Below, piece after piece: positions 37,559 through 47,000 of a DNA stretch of 58,884 bases (positions are counted from its first letter, which is position 1; every line of letters begins with the position of its first letter). Where the stretch lies: positions 1-58,884 of the forward strand of contig CAZSOQ010000002.1 in NCBI GenBank assembly GCA_964608495.1, read 5' to 3'. A program made the translations under genes and the position numbers. This DNA comes from an uncultured Armatimonadia bacterium. GTDB taxonomy: Bacteria; Armatimonadota; Zipacnadia; Zipacnadales; FEN-943. The notes beneath the pieces were generated by a model. It made no database searches. It was not told the DNA's origin and saw only the letters and a list, made by a program, of their open reading frames with translations.

Positions 37559-38571
37559 CCACTAGGTTGGGCATAGACCTGGGTACCGCCACGATCGTGG
37601 TGTACGCGGCGGGCCGGGGCATTGTGCTGCGCGAGCCGTCCGTCGTGGCAGTGGAGATGCCCGGCCGGCGCCTGCTGGCGGTGGGCGAGGAAGCGCGGCA
37701 GATGCTGGGTCGCACGCCGGGCAATATCGTCGCGGTCCGGCCCCTGCGCAACGGCGTCATAGCTGACTACTCCCTCACCAGGGACATGCTCGCCCAACTG
37801 ATCCGCCGCGCGTGCGGCAAGCAGGCCCTCCTGTTCAGGCCTCTGGTCGTCATCTGCGTGCCCTCGGGTGCCACCAATGTCGAGAAGCGGGCCGCCCTTG
37901 ACGCGGCGCGCGCGGCCGGTGCCCGCGACGCCATACCCATCGAAGAGCCCATGGCCGCCGCCATCGGGTCGGGCCTGCCCATTGACTTGCCCGGCGGCAA
38001 CATGGTCGTGGACATCGGCGGCGGCACCACCGACATCGCTGTGATCTCCCTGGGCGGGGTCGTGGTGAGCGACTCCGTGCGCGTCGGCGGCAACGACCTG
38101 GACGAGCACATCATCCGCCACGTCCGCCGAGTGTACAACCTGGACATCGGCGAGCGGTCGGCCGAGAACATCAAGATCCAGATCGGCTCGGCCCACCCCC
38201 TGGAGCAGGAGCTCGAGATGCCGGCCCGGGGACGGGACGTGGTGAGCGGGCTCCCCCGCACGGTGACGGTCAGCTCGATGGAAGTGCGCGAGGCCATGGC
38301 CGACGTGGCCAACCGCATCGTCGAGCGAGTGAAGTCCGTCCTGGAGGCGACCCCGCCGGAGCTGGCCGCCGACATCGCGGAACGCGGGATCGTGCTGACC
38401 GGCGGCGGCGCCCTGCTGCGCGGCGTGGACAGAGTGCTGGCCATCGAGACCGGGATCCCGGTGCACATAGCCGACGATCCGGTGTCCTCAGTGGCCAAGG
38501 GCACGGGCTACGTCCTACAGCACGCCCACCGACTGAGGGGACGCGTGCAGTTCAGCCCCGCCTTGAGATGA
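37546..38571 (+). CDS. mreB: Rod shape-determining protein MreB
   Basis: Motifs: LGIDLGTATIVVY, VICVPSGATNVEKRA, MVVDIGGGTTDIAVISLGG. Overlaps the murA 3' end by 13 nt. Confidence 0.95.
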   Translation: MFSLTTRLGIDLGTATIVVYAAGRGIVLREPSVVAVEMPGRRLLAVGEEARQMLGRTPGNIVAVRPLRNGVIADYSLTRDMLAQLIRRACGKQALLFRPLVVICVPSGATNVEKRAALDAARAAGARDAIPIEEPMAAAIGSGLPIDLPGGNMVVDIGGGTTDIAVISLGGVVVSDSVRVGGNDLDEHIIRHVRRVYNLDIGERSAENIKIQIGSAHPLEQELEMPARGRDVVSGLPRTVTVSSMEVREAMADVANRIVERVKSVLEATPPELAADIAERGIVLTGGGALLRGVDRVLAIETGIPVHIADDPVSSVAKGTGYVLQHAHRLRGRVQFSPALR

Positions 38572-38583
38572 GACCCGACGAGC

Positions 38584-39339
38584 GTGTCTGACCTGCCTTC
38601 CCCGCTGACCCAGGAAGCACCCAGGCCGAGCGATGCGCTCCCTGCCGCCCGCGAGTGGGCCAGCCTCGGCGACGGGGTCGTGGCATGTTGGCTGGGAAGG
38701 GTCGCCTACCGCAACGCCCACGCCGCTCAACTGTCTCTACTCGAGGGACGCGCGCGGGGGGCCGAGCCCGACACGGTGCTGCTCGTCGAGCATCCGCCCA
38801 CCGTCACCTGCGGGCGATCGGCCGAGGCCGCGGAGCTCGAGGCCGCCAGGCAAGCGTGCCGCCGGCACGGCGCGGAGCTGGTCGAGTGCGAGCGCGGCGG
38901 CAGGCTGACCTTTCACGGCCCGGGGCAGGCCGTGGCCTATCCGGTGGTGCATCTGGATGCCGTGGGGCGCGACCTGCACCGGTGGCTGTGGACCCTCGAG
39001 GAGGCCGTGATCCGGGCCGTGGGACGTCTGGGCCTGGCGGCCGGCAGGCGCCAGGACAGCCGCGGCGTGTGGGTGGAGGGGCGGAAGGTGGCGTCCGTGG
39101 GCGTGGCCGTGCGGCGGTGGGTCAGCTATCACGGGGTGGCCATCAACGTGCAGGCGACCTGGCCCGAATGGAGGAGCGTAGAGTGGTGCGGGCTGGGCGC
39201 CGGGGCTTACGCTTCGCTGGCCGACTTTGGGGTCCAGGTGGACCTGCCGAAGGTGGGCTGGGCCTTCGCCGAGGAGCTGGCTGAGCTCTGCCGCACGGCG
39301 GACGGCAACGGGTCCGGCCCCGGGAGGCGAGAGCGCTGA
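38584..39339 (+). CDS. lipB: Octanoyltransferase (lipoyl(octanoyl) transferase)
   Basis: Motifs: LLVEHPPTVTCGRS, ERGGRLTFHGPGQAVAYPVV, KVASVGVAVRRWVSYHGVAINV. The GTG start is uncertain. Confidence 0.85.
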   Translation: MSDLPSPLTQEAPRPSDALPAAREWASLGDGVVACWLGRVAYRNAHAAQLSLLEGRARGAEPDTVLLVEHPPTVTCGRSAEAAELEAARQACRRHGAELVECERGGRLTFHGPGQAVAYPVVHLDAVGRDLHRWLWTLEEAVIRAVGRLGLAAGRRQDSRGVWVEGRKVASVGVAVRRWVSYHGVAINVQATWPEWRSVEWCGLGAGAYASLADFGVQVDLPKVGWAFAEELAELCRTADGNGSGPGRRER

Positions 39340-39368
39340 AGGCAACGGGCAAGAGCTGGGCTCCGTAC

Positions 39369-39989
39369 GTGCTGCTGGCGGGGGTACTCGCGCTGGCGGC
39401 GTGTACGGCCGTGACACGGCAGCCGGGGGACCTGAGCGCCCGGCAGAGCCTGCTGTTCGTGATGATTGCGCTCGCGGGCCTGGCCGCGAGCCTGGCGCGA
39501 GAGCGCCTGGGCATCGCTTGGCCGCTGCTGGCGGGCCTGGCGCTGGGCGCGGGGTACCGGCTGGCCTATGACCCGGTGCTGCCCGAGGCGCTGGTGATGC
39601 GATTGCCGGCGCGGGTGGCGATCCTTGAGCCGACGACGCCGCTCGTGGTGGCCCTCGTGCTCGTGTTGTGGTGGGCACTGGCGAGCCGGGACGGGGAGCC
39701 TGCGGCAGCCGCCGAGACGGGCCTGGCCCTGCGTGCGCTCGGAATCACGGCGCGGGCGCTCATCGGACTCGGCGTCGTGCTGTACCTGCTGCTGTCCGTC
39801 GTATACGACCTGGAGGGCGGGCAGTGGTTCTGGAGACTGACCCTCGTCTGCGTCGCCTACCTCGGCCTGCTGTGGATAGGGGTCGAGGGAGCGGCCAGAC
39901 GGATGCTGGACTGGAAGGCCATGATGCTGGTGGCCCTGGGAGTCGCGGTGACCATCGCCCGCCATCTGCTGGGGAGTCAGGGAGCATGA
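39369..39989 (+). CDS. Hypothetical multi-pass membrane protein (lipobox-like LAAC near the N-terminus)
   Basis: 206 aa, GTG start, 5-6 hydrophobic helices. Its stop overlaps the next start (ATGA at 39986-39989). Confidence 0.5.
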   Translation: MLLAGVLALAACTAVTRQPGDLSARQSLLFVMIALAGLAASLARERLGIAWPLLAGLALGAGYRLAYDPVLPEALVMRLPARVAILEPTTPLVVALVLVLWWALASRDGEPAAAAETGLALRALGITARALIGLGVVLYLLLSVVYDLEGGQWFWRLTLVCVAYLGLLWIGVEGAARRMLDWKAMMLVALGVAVTIARHLLGSQGA

Positions 39990-41275
39990 CGCAGACCCAC
40001 GAGGCGGCCCGATCCAGCGAGACGCCGGCATGGGTGCGCGGGCTGGCCTTCCTGCTCGTGGCGGCTTCCTGCTCGCAGCTCGCCTACGCCCTCCATCCCC
40101 GCAAGGGCCCCTTCATCGGCTACCTGGAGCTGGCGGCGGTGGGCGCCCTGGGAGCCTGGGGGCTGTGGGTGCTCTCCACCGGGCGCCTGCGGGTCCTGCG
40201 ATGGCCGCCGTGGCCGATCTGGGCCTTCATGGCCGTGGCCGTGCTGTCCCTTGGCGGCGCCACGAGCCCCAGGGCGAGCGTGGTCGAGATCGTGCAGTAT
40301 GCCCTGTACCTCATCGGGCTGTACGTGCTCTTCCTGGACGCCGGCAGGGGAGGGCTCGACTGGCTGGGGCCGGCGGCTTGTGTGGCCGTGGCCCTGGCAA
40401 CGGCGGCCGCGCTGGCGCAGCTCGCCGGCGGGCGCGAGCCTATGCAGGTAGCGGGCCTGACGATGGACCGGAACGTCCACTCGGCGTTCCTGGCCTTCCT
40501 GCTGCCCCTGGTGTGGGCGTGGGGGGGCCGGTGGTGGCCCAGGCCGGCCGGGGTGGCGATAGCGGTGCTGGTGACCGCCGCGCTGGTGACGATGCTGGGC
40601 CCGCCGCACGTGTGGATCGCGGTCGCGGCGATCGCCTGGGTGTCCGCCGTGCTGCTGGAGCGCAGGCAGTGGTCCGCGGCCGCGGCGGTGGTGGGCCTGG
40701 CGATACTGGTGAACTTCGCGTCTCCCGTGCACCGCGGGTGCAACGTGGACGAATTGGTGAACCCCTGGGAGACTGGAGACGTCTATAAACTACTGAGGGA
40801 AGTAGGTGCGTCGGAGGACCAGCCGCTGATGAAGAAGCGCTGGCTGGAGTGGTGGCCGGCGCTGGCCATGATCGCCGACAATCCCTTGGTGGGCGTGGGG
40901 GCGGGCAACTACCAGCTCAACGTCGGCCAGCCGGAGTTCTGGGGCTACCTTCCCAACGCCAAGAAGACCGAACCGAACACTAACAACCTGTATCTTGTGG
41001 TCGGTGGAAGTATGGGCCTCGCCGGCCTGGCGGCCCTGATGGCCGTGTTCATCACGTTCATCCGACTGGCCGCGGCGGGCGCGCGGGATCGCGACCCGCT
41101 GATGGTCGGCGTGGCGGCTTCCCTGGTGGCCCTGGCGGTTGCGAGCGTCTTCACGGCGCTGCTCGTCCGCGGGGCCGCGGTGGCCTGGGTCGCGCTGATG
41201 GCCGCTGCCGCGAGCCGCGCGGCAGCACCGGCGCCCGCGCCCGCATCCCAGACCGGCCGCGAGCAGGCAGGTTGA
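39986..41275 (+). CDS. O-antigen ligase/polymerase family (Wzy_C-like) membrane protein
   Basis: ORF 39668.. trimmed to the ATG at 39986 (MTQTHEAARS...). About 10-12 TM helices and a periplasmic loop followed by NPLVGVGAGNYQ, typical of this family. Confidence 0.65.
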   Translation: MTQTHEAARSSETPAWVRGLAFLLVAASCSQLAYALHPRKGPFIGYLELAAVGALGAWGLWVLSTGRLRVLRWPPWPIWAFMAVAVLSLGGATSPRASVVEIVQYALYLIGLYVLFLDAGRGGLDWLGPAACVAVALATAAALAQLAGGREPMQVAGLTMDRNVHSAFLAFLLPLVWAWGGRWWPRPAGVAIAVLVTAALVTMLGPPHVWIAVAAIAWVSAVLLERRQWSAAAAVVGLAILVNFASPVHRGCNVDELVNPWETGDVYKLLREVGASEDQPLMKKRWLEWWPALAMIADNPLVGVGAGNYQLNVGQPEFWGYLPNAKKTEPNTNNLYLVVGGSMGLAGLAALMAVFITFIRLAAAGARDRDPLMVGVAASLVALAVASVFTALLVRGAAVAWVALMAAAASRAAAPAPAPASQTGREQAG

Positions 41276-41299
41276 CCAGCGAAGGAGGAAGTCCTAGCT

Positions 41300-41854
41300 A
41301 TGCCAAGAACGTGGATCGCCTTGCTGGGCGTAGCAGTCCTTACCGTGACCTTGATCGCCGCGGCCTGGGCGGCCAAGGTTTCCATCGTCGTCGAGGGCGA
41401 GCACTACTACAGCATCAAGCCCTCGATGCAGATCGTGGCTTCCCAGAGCGCCTCGGGCGGCAAGTTCGTCCAGATACCGCTCAAGAGGCCCCACGGCGAA
41501 GACGAGACCGGGCCCTATGATGACGGCAACGCCGTCTATCGCATCAACGTCCCCAGCGCCGGCCTGTACCGCCTCTGGGCGCGTGCTCACTGGCACGATT
41601 CCTGTGGGAACAGCTTCTTCGTCGTCGTGGACGACCAGCCCCAGTCCTGGATCGGCGAGGACGGCACGATGCAGAAGTGGCACTGGGTCAAGGGCAAGAC
41701 CTACCAGTTGTCGGCCGGCGTGCACACCATCAAGTTCCAGAACCGCGAGGACGGGGCGAAGCTCGACCAGTTCATGCTGACCACCGACACACGCTACGTA
41801 CCGACCCGTGTCGAGAGGGAGACCAGCCAGTACATCATCAGACCCAGCCAGTAA
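41300..41854 (+). CDS. Membrane-anchored single CBM/galactose-binding-like domain protein
   Basis: N-terminal anchor WIALLGVAVLTVTLIAAAWA. IVVEGEHY...ASGGKFVQI...YRINVPSAGLYRLWARAHW...NSFFV...WHWV...LSAGVHTIKFQNREDGAKLDQFMLT is a CBM-like pattern. GAAGGAGGAAG SD. Confidence 0.6.
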   Translation: MPRTWIALLGVAVLTVTLIAAAWAAKVSIVVEGEHYYSIKPSMQIVASQSASGGKFVQIPLKRPHGEDETGPYDDGNAVYRINVPSAGLYRLWARAHWHDSCGNSFFVVVDDQPQSWIGEDGTMQKWHWVKGKTYQLSAGVHTIKFQNREDGAKLDQFMLTTDTRYVPTRVERETSQYIIRPSQ

Positions 41855-41920
41855 GTAGAAGGGGCAGTCCCTGCCACGGAGGCGCTGCCAGAAAGACCCA
41901 AAGTGAGGTAAGCATTACCG

Positions 41921-44023
41921 ATGCGCGCGGGCACTAGCGGAACCGCGAGCCGGTGGGGTCGTATATGTCTCGTGGCCCTGCTGGCGTTGGTGTTGGGTAC
42001 GATACAGGCGCCGGCGCAGGACGCGCAGGCCCCCGCTGCGGCGCCTGCGGACGGGGTCCAGTGGCTCGAGGAGAAGGGCGAGACCCCCTACGCCGTGCCC
42101 GGCGAGCTCAAGGCCGGCGACAAGGGCCTGGCGGTGCGGCTGTGGCTGGCGTCGGGCGACGCGGGCAAGGACGGTCTGGCGGTCGAGATCAAGGGTGGCG
42201 AGGCCCGGTTCCTGGCGGCCAGGGGCGGGCAGTTCTCCCCGCTCGGAACGCCCGGCAAGCTTCCGCCCGTCGGCGAGGAGCCTGTCGAGTTCTCGGTGCA
42301 GAGGCACGCGTGGCGCCTGCTGTTCATCTGCGGAGGCCACGTGGTCTGCAAGGCCTGGTCCTACGCCCCCGACGGTACCGCCGAGCGCGTGGGATGGGAG
42401 AGCCTGGGCGCGGGCCAGGCCGACGACCTGCGCGTGCAGCCCGTGGGCGAGATCTTCGCCACGGACAGCTTCATGCGCCTGGACACCGGCTCGGGGGGCT
42501 GGGAGACGGGCCGAGGGACCTGGCAGCAGCGGTCGCTGCGCGAGGACCAGCAGGCCGGAGCCATGGACGCCAGCAAGAGCACCAATCCCTTCAGCTACTT
42601 CGGCCAGGTGGGCAAGAGCGAAGGGGCTGCGGTCACGACGATCGGCTACTCGTTCTGGACCAACTACTCGATTGACGCGGCCGTGCGGGCGGGCCAGGAC
42701 AGCGTGATCGGCGTGGTCGTATGCTATCAGGACGCCGACAACTACCTGGCGGCGAAGTGGACGAGCTGCGTGGGGGCGAGCGAGCCGCAGACCCTGAAGC
42801 TGGTGGCAGTCAAGGACGGCGAGGAGACCGTGCTGGCCCAGGAGCGCGCTGGCTTCCTGCCGGACCAGTGGTACCGGCTGGGCTTGGGCTACAGCGGCGG
42901 GCGTCTCGTCTGCTGGGTGGACGGGCAGAAGCGCGTGGCGGGCGAGACCGACCTGTTCGGCCAGGGGTCGGCGGGCCTCCTGGCCGGCGGCAGTGAAGGC
43001 GTCTTCTTCGACGACGTGGCGATCCAGGACTGGAGCGCCGAGGGCGACGACTTCAAGGTGGCGCAGCCCGGGAAGTGGATCCCCCAGAGCGGCACCTGGG
43101 AAGTCTCCGGTGGGGTCATGAAGGCAACCGGTAAGGGCGAGGCCCTCGCGCTGGCCGGGCAGCCCGACTGGAAGAACTGCCGCGCCGGGGCGGGAGTGAA
43201 GATCGGGACGGAGCAGGCCGGGATCCTGATGGGGGCCGACGGCGACGCGCAGGTCCTGGCGGCGCTGCACAAGGCGGGCCAGGGCGACAAGCTCTCGATC
43301 CTCAGCAAGACGCGCGACGGTCAGTGGCAGGAGGCGGCGGTCATGGCTCTGGGCGCGAGCGCGCCCTGGAGGCGGCTGGAGGTCGCCGTCGAGGATGGGT
43401 ATGTGGTAGCCTCGTGCAACGGCGCGCAGGCGCGGGCCTTCGTGCCCGGCGCGGGCATGGGCCGGGTAGGGCTTCTCACCCGCGGGGGTAGCGCGGCCTT
43501 CGATGACTTCGCGGTCGAGCCGATCCCGCCGCCGCCGACCGCCCACCTGGTCAAGGAGTTTACCGACGCCCAGCAGCACTTCGAGATGGCCGAGTGGGCG
43601 GCCACCAGGCATGCCTGGGTACCCGCGGCGACGGACCTGAACCTGCCCGACGCCGAGAAGCCCAAGGCGGAGGGCGTGTGGTGCACTAAGGGCGACTACT
43701 ACGGTGACTACACGGTGGACGTGCCCCTGACCGGGATCGGGGCCAGGGACCTGGACCTGGCCGTGGCACTGGACTCGGATCCGCGGTGGCAGGGCACCGG
43801 CGTGACGGTCCGGGTGGCGGGCAAACCGGGGCAGAAGAGCCTGGCCCTGACCATCCTCAACGGCACGGAGCAGGTGGCCCAGCAGCAGGTGGACGTGGAG
43901 GCCGCGCAGGCCACCTTGAAGTGCTCTCGGCTGGGGGAGTTCGTGGTGATCGAGGTGGACGGCAAGCTGGTCTACTCGGGCAAGCTCCTCTCGCCCGAGG
44001 GCAGCAAAGCAAGCGCTCAGTAG
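41921..44023 (+). CDS. Secreted protein with repeated ConA/LamG-like (DUF1080-like) jelly-roll domains
   Basis: Signal peptide ...ICLVALLALVLGTIQAPAQ. Recurrent ...GxWxxxxGxx... / ...FDDVAIQ, FDDFAVEP strand endings are typical of concanavalin-like lectin folds. Confidence 0.55.
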   Translation: MRAGTSGTASRWGRICLVALLALVLGTIQAPAQDAQAPAAAPADGVQWLEEKGETPYAVPGELKAGDKGLAVRLWLASGDAGKDGLAVEIKGGEARFLAARGGQFSPLGTPGKLPPVGEEPVEFSVQRHAWRLLFICGGHVVCKAWSYAPDGTAERVGWESLGAGQADDLRVQPVGEIFATDSFMRLDTGSGGWETGRGTWQQRSLREDQQAGAMDASKSTNPFSYFGQVGKSEGAAVTTIGYSFWTNYSIDAAVRAGQDSVIGVVVCYQDADNYLAAKWTSCVGASEPQTLKLVAVKDGEETVLAQERAGFLPDQWYRLGLGYSGGRLVCWVDGQKRVAGETDLFGQGSAGLLAGGSEGVFFDDVAIQDWSAEGDDFKVAQPGKWIPQSGTWEVSGGVMKATGKGEALALAGQPDWKNCRAGAGVKIGTEQAGILMGADGDAQVLAALHKAGQGDKLSILSKTRDGQWQEAAVMALGASAPWRRLEVAVEDGYVVASCNGAQARAFVPGAGMGRVGLLTRGGSAAFDDFAVEPIPPPPTAHLVKEFTDAQQHFEMAEWAATRHAWVPAATDLNLPDAEKPKAEGVWCTKGDYYGDYTVDVPLTGIGARDLDLAVALDSDPRWQGTGVTVRVAGKPGQKSLALTILNGTEQVAQQQVDVEAAQATLKCSRLGEFVVIEVDGKLVYSGKLLSPEGSKASAQ

Positions 44024-44043
44024 CGCCGGACAGGTGAAGAGGC

Positions 44044-47000
44044 ATGAGGGTGGCTGTTCTCGCGATGCTCGTGGTACTGACGGTGGCCGTCTTGGCACCG
44101 GCCGCGGAGATGGACTTCGCCCAGGCGCTTGAGGCCCTGAGGTCGGGGCAGGCGGAGGCGGCGGCTCAGGCGCTGGCCGCGATCGTGGGCAAGGAGCCCG
44201 GCAATCTCGGCGCGCGCTTCTGGCTCGGCCGGGCGCTGCTGGACTCGGGCAAGGTGGCCGAAGCCGCGGCCGAATGGCGCCAGGTGCTGGCGCAGAAGCC
44301 GGAGTCCACGGACACGCGCTACTGGCTCGGCGTGGCTCTGGAACGGCAGGGCGATACGGACGGCGCCAGGCAGGCGTGGGAGGAGGTGCTGAGGCGGGAC
44401 CGAGGCTACGCCGCGGCGCGCCAGGCCCTGGCCAAGCTGGGCAAGGCCCGCGAGGCGCCCGAGCCGGCGGCCCCCGCCACCAAGCCGACCGATAGGCCAC
44501 GGCCGGCCCACAGCCGCGTGGTGGTCAACCTGGGCACCAGCGGCCTGGACATCGGGACGCTGGACCTGCTCTCGCGCAACGTGCTGGACTACACCTTCAG
44601 TGACGCCCCGACGGACTGGTACACGGCGTCGGGTAACTGGGGCACGACGAACCGCTGGACCTGCAGCCCGCAGTGGTCTTGGTTTGGCGGCATGGCCGAG
44701 ATGGGGCCGGTGTCCGCGTGGAACAAGCACGGCTTCGCCGGCGACATGACGGTGGACATGTACATCGCCTGGGGCATGATCTACGGCTACGCGCGCGGGC
44801 ACTACAAGAACCCCAACGATCTGAACATAAGCATCTGCGCTGACGGCACCGACCTGTTCAGCGGATACACCTTCGTGGTGGGCGGCTGGGAGAACCAGCG
44901 CACGGCGATCCTGAGGAAGGGCGAGGTACTGGCCGCCACGGACGAGGCCTGGGCACTGCCGCCGGCCTTCGAGGACCAGGACCCCGGCACCTACGAGCAT
45001 CACCGCAAGTGGTGGGGCATCAGGGCCCGCAAGAAGGGCAACGTGCTGCAGCTCTACTTCGATAACCGGCTGGCCCTCGAGGCGGTGGACCCGGCCCCGC
45101 TGGACCGCGGTCAGGTGGCGCTGTGGGGATACGACAACCGCGTCGTCCTCTCGCGCGTGCGGTTGTACTACGAGGACCTGGTGCCGAGCGGCGCGCAGTT
45201 GCCGGCTGAGAAGTGGGCCGTGCGCCAGCAGCTTACCGTGGACGGAGGCCCGGCGCCTCGCATCGGAACCGCCGGCGTGCTGGGCAGCGGCTTCGAGCAG
45301 ACCGCCGAGCCCGTGACCGTGCGCGACGGCAGCTTCACGAAGCTCACGCTCGCGGCGCCCGGAGCCAACGACAAGGGCCGGTGCCTCAAGCTCATCAACG
45401 GCGGACCCGGCGGGACCTTCGGGGCGAACCTGATCTCCCAGCCGGTGGACCTGGTCAAGATGCCCTTGCTGTCCTTCGACTACCGCCTCCCAGCGGAGGC
45501 CAGGGTAAACCTGTACGCCACTGTCAACGGCAAGCTGTACGAGATCGTCTTCTGCGGACGAGAGGCTCCGGCTGCCCTGGCCGAGATCGCAGGGCGCGTG
45601 CCCGACGTGCAGGCTGATGGTCGCTGGCATCGCGCCCAGCTGGACCTGCTGGGGGTGCTGCGCCGGGCGACGGGTGCGTGGACGGCCGACAGCCTCGTCG
45701 CCAACGAGCTGTGGTTCGGCAATCTCAACGAGACCGACTACCTCACCGCCGGCCTGGGGGGCAATCAGGCCGGTACGGTATGGTCCCTGGACAACCTGTA
45801 CCTCTGCGGCCCGTCACAGAAGGTTAGTCTTTCGCCGCCCGCGACCGCCGGCGGCAAGAAGATCAAGGCCGTCGCCTGGGACGTGAACCAGGACCCGACG
45901 GCCGAGCCGAGCAGGGACGGCGCGGCCGCGCCGGCGCCGAAGGAAGTGGCCCCGGGCAAGAGCGGCTGGTGGTGGGCGCATGTGGCGGCCCAGGCGGAGG
46001 ACGACACGTGGCTGGCGACGGCCCACGCGGCCGTGCCCATTGACGTTGATCCGCCTCAGCCGCGCCTGGTCTCGCCTCAGCCCGAATCGGTGGCCGGCGA
46101 TGAGGCCATCGTGGTGGCCTTCGACGACGCGGGCCCGACGGCCGTGGACTGGCGGACGCTCAGCCTCAGCGTGGCCGGCAAGGCCCTGCGGCCCGGCCAG
46201 CCGGGGGTGAAAGTGGAGCCTGAGACCGCGCGGGTGATCGTGGAACCCGCCGAGGCCGGGCTCTCCTTCGAGGACGGCAAGCCCGTCGAGGTCGAGGTCG
46301 CCGTGCGGGACGCGGCGGGCAACCAGCTCTCGGGCGAGCAGCGATGGAGCTTCACCTGCTCGGCCCAGCAGGACAAGCGCGGGCCCAGGATCGCCGGCTT
46401 GCAGGTGGGCCGCCCCTACCTCGTGGACGCCGACTTCGAGACGGCACTCCCGCCCATGGAGAGCTACTCCGGCGACTCCGGCGCCCTGCTGACGCTGGAC
46501 ACCAGCACGGCGGCGAGTGGCAAGGGCAGCCTGCGGCTCTCCAACCCCATCGAGTATGGACGCTTCGGCGTTCGCCTCGTCACCGAGCCCTTCGACGCCG
46601 GCGTCTACCGACTGGTGAGCTTCGACTATCGCGTGTCGCCCCACTACCGCGGCGACTTCGCGGTCTACTGCAACGGCGACTGGAGGGCCGTGAAGTTTTG
46701 CGACTCCGACCAGAGCATCGGGTACCTTGGGGAAGTGGATAACGTGGTGGCCGACGGTCAGTGGCACCACGGGGAGTTCAACCTCTACGATATGCTCGTC
46801 CGCGCCGACCCCAAGGCCAGCAGCTACACCGTGCGATGGTTCGTGCTGTCGGACTGGGGACGCATGGCCAACTACCGCCGGCGCAGCGTGTGGCTGGACA
46901 ACCTGCAGGTGATCCCCGTCAGCAGCTCCGCCCAGCCGCTCAAGGTAGCCCTCAATGCGATGGACCCGGGCGGCGTGGCCGGAGCCTCTTGGGTGCTCGA

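Noticed and set aside
41915-44500. 861-aa minus-strand ORF, and similar long ORFs at 44017..45630(-), 45814..47094(-), 33774..35690(-), 51383..53680(-), 56305..58011(+), 10163..11299(-), 18164..19438(+) and 19201..20415(-).
   Set aside because: All run antisense to, or out of frame within, genes with clear family motifs. Their translations are Arg/Pro/Gly/Ala-rich low-complexity strings with no motif content, which is the usual shadow-ORF artefact of high-GC DNA.
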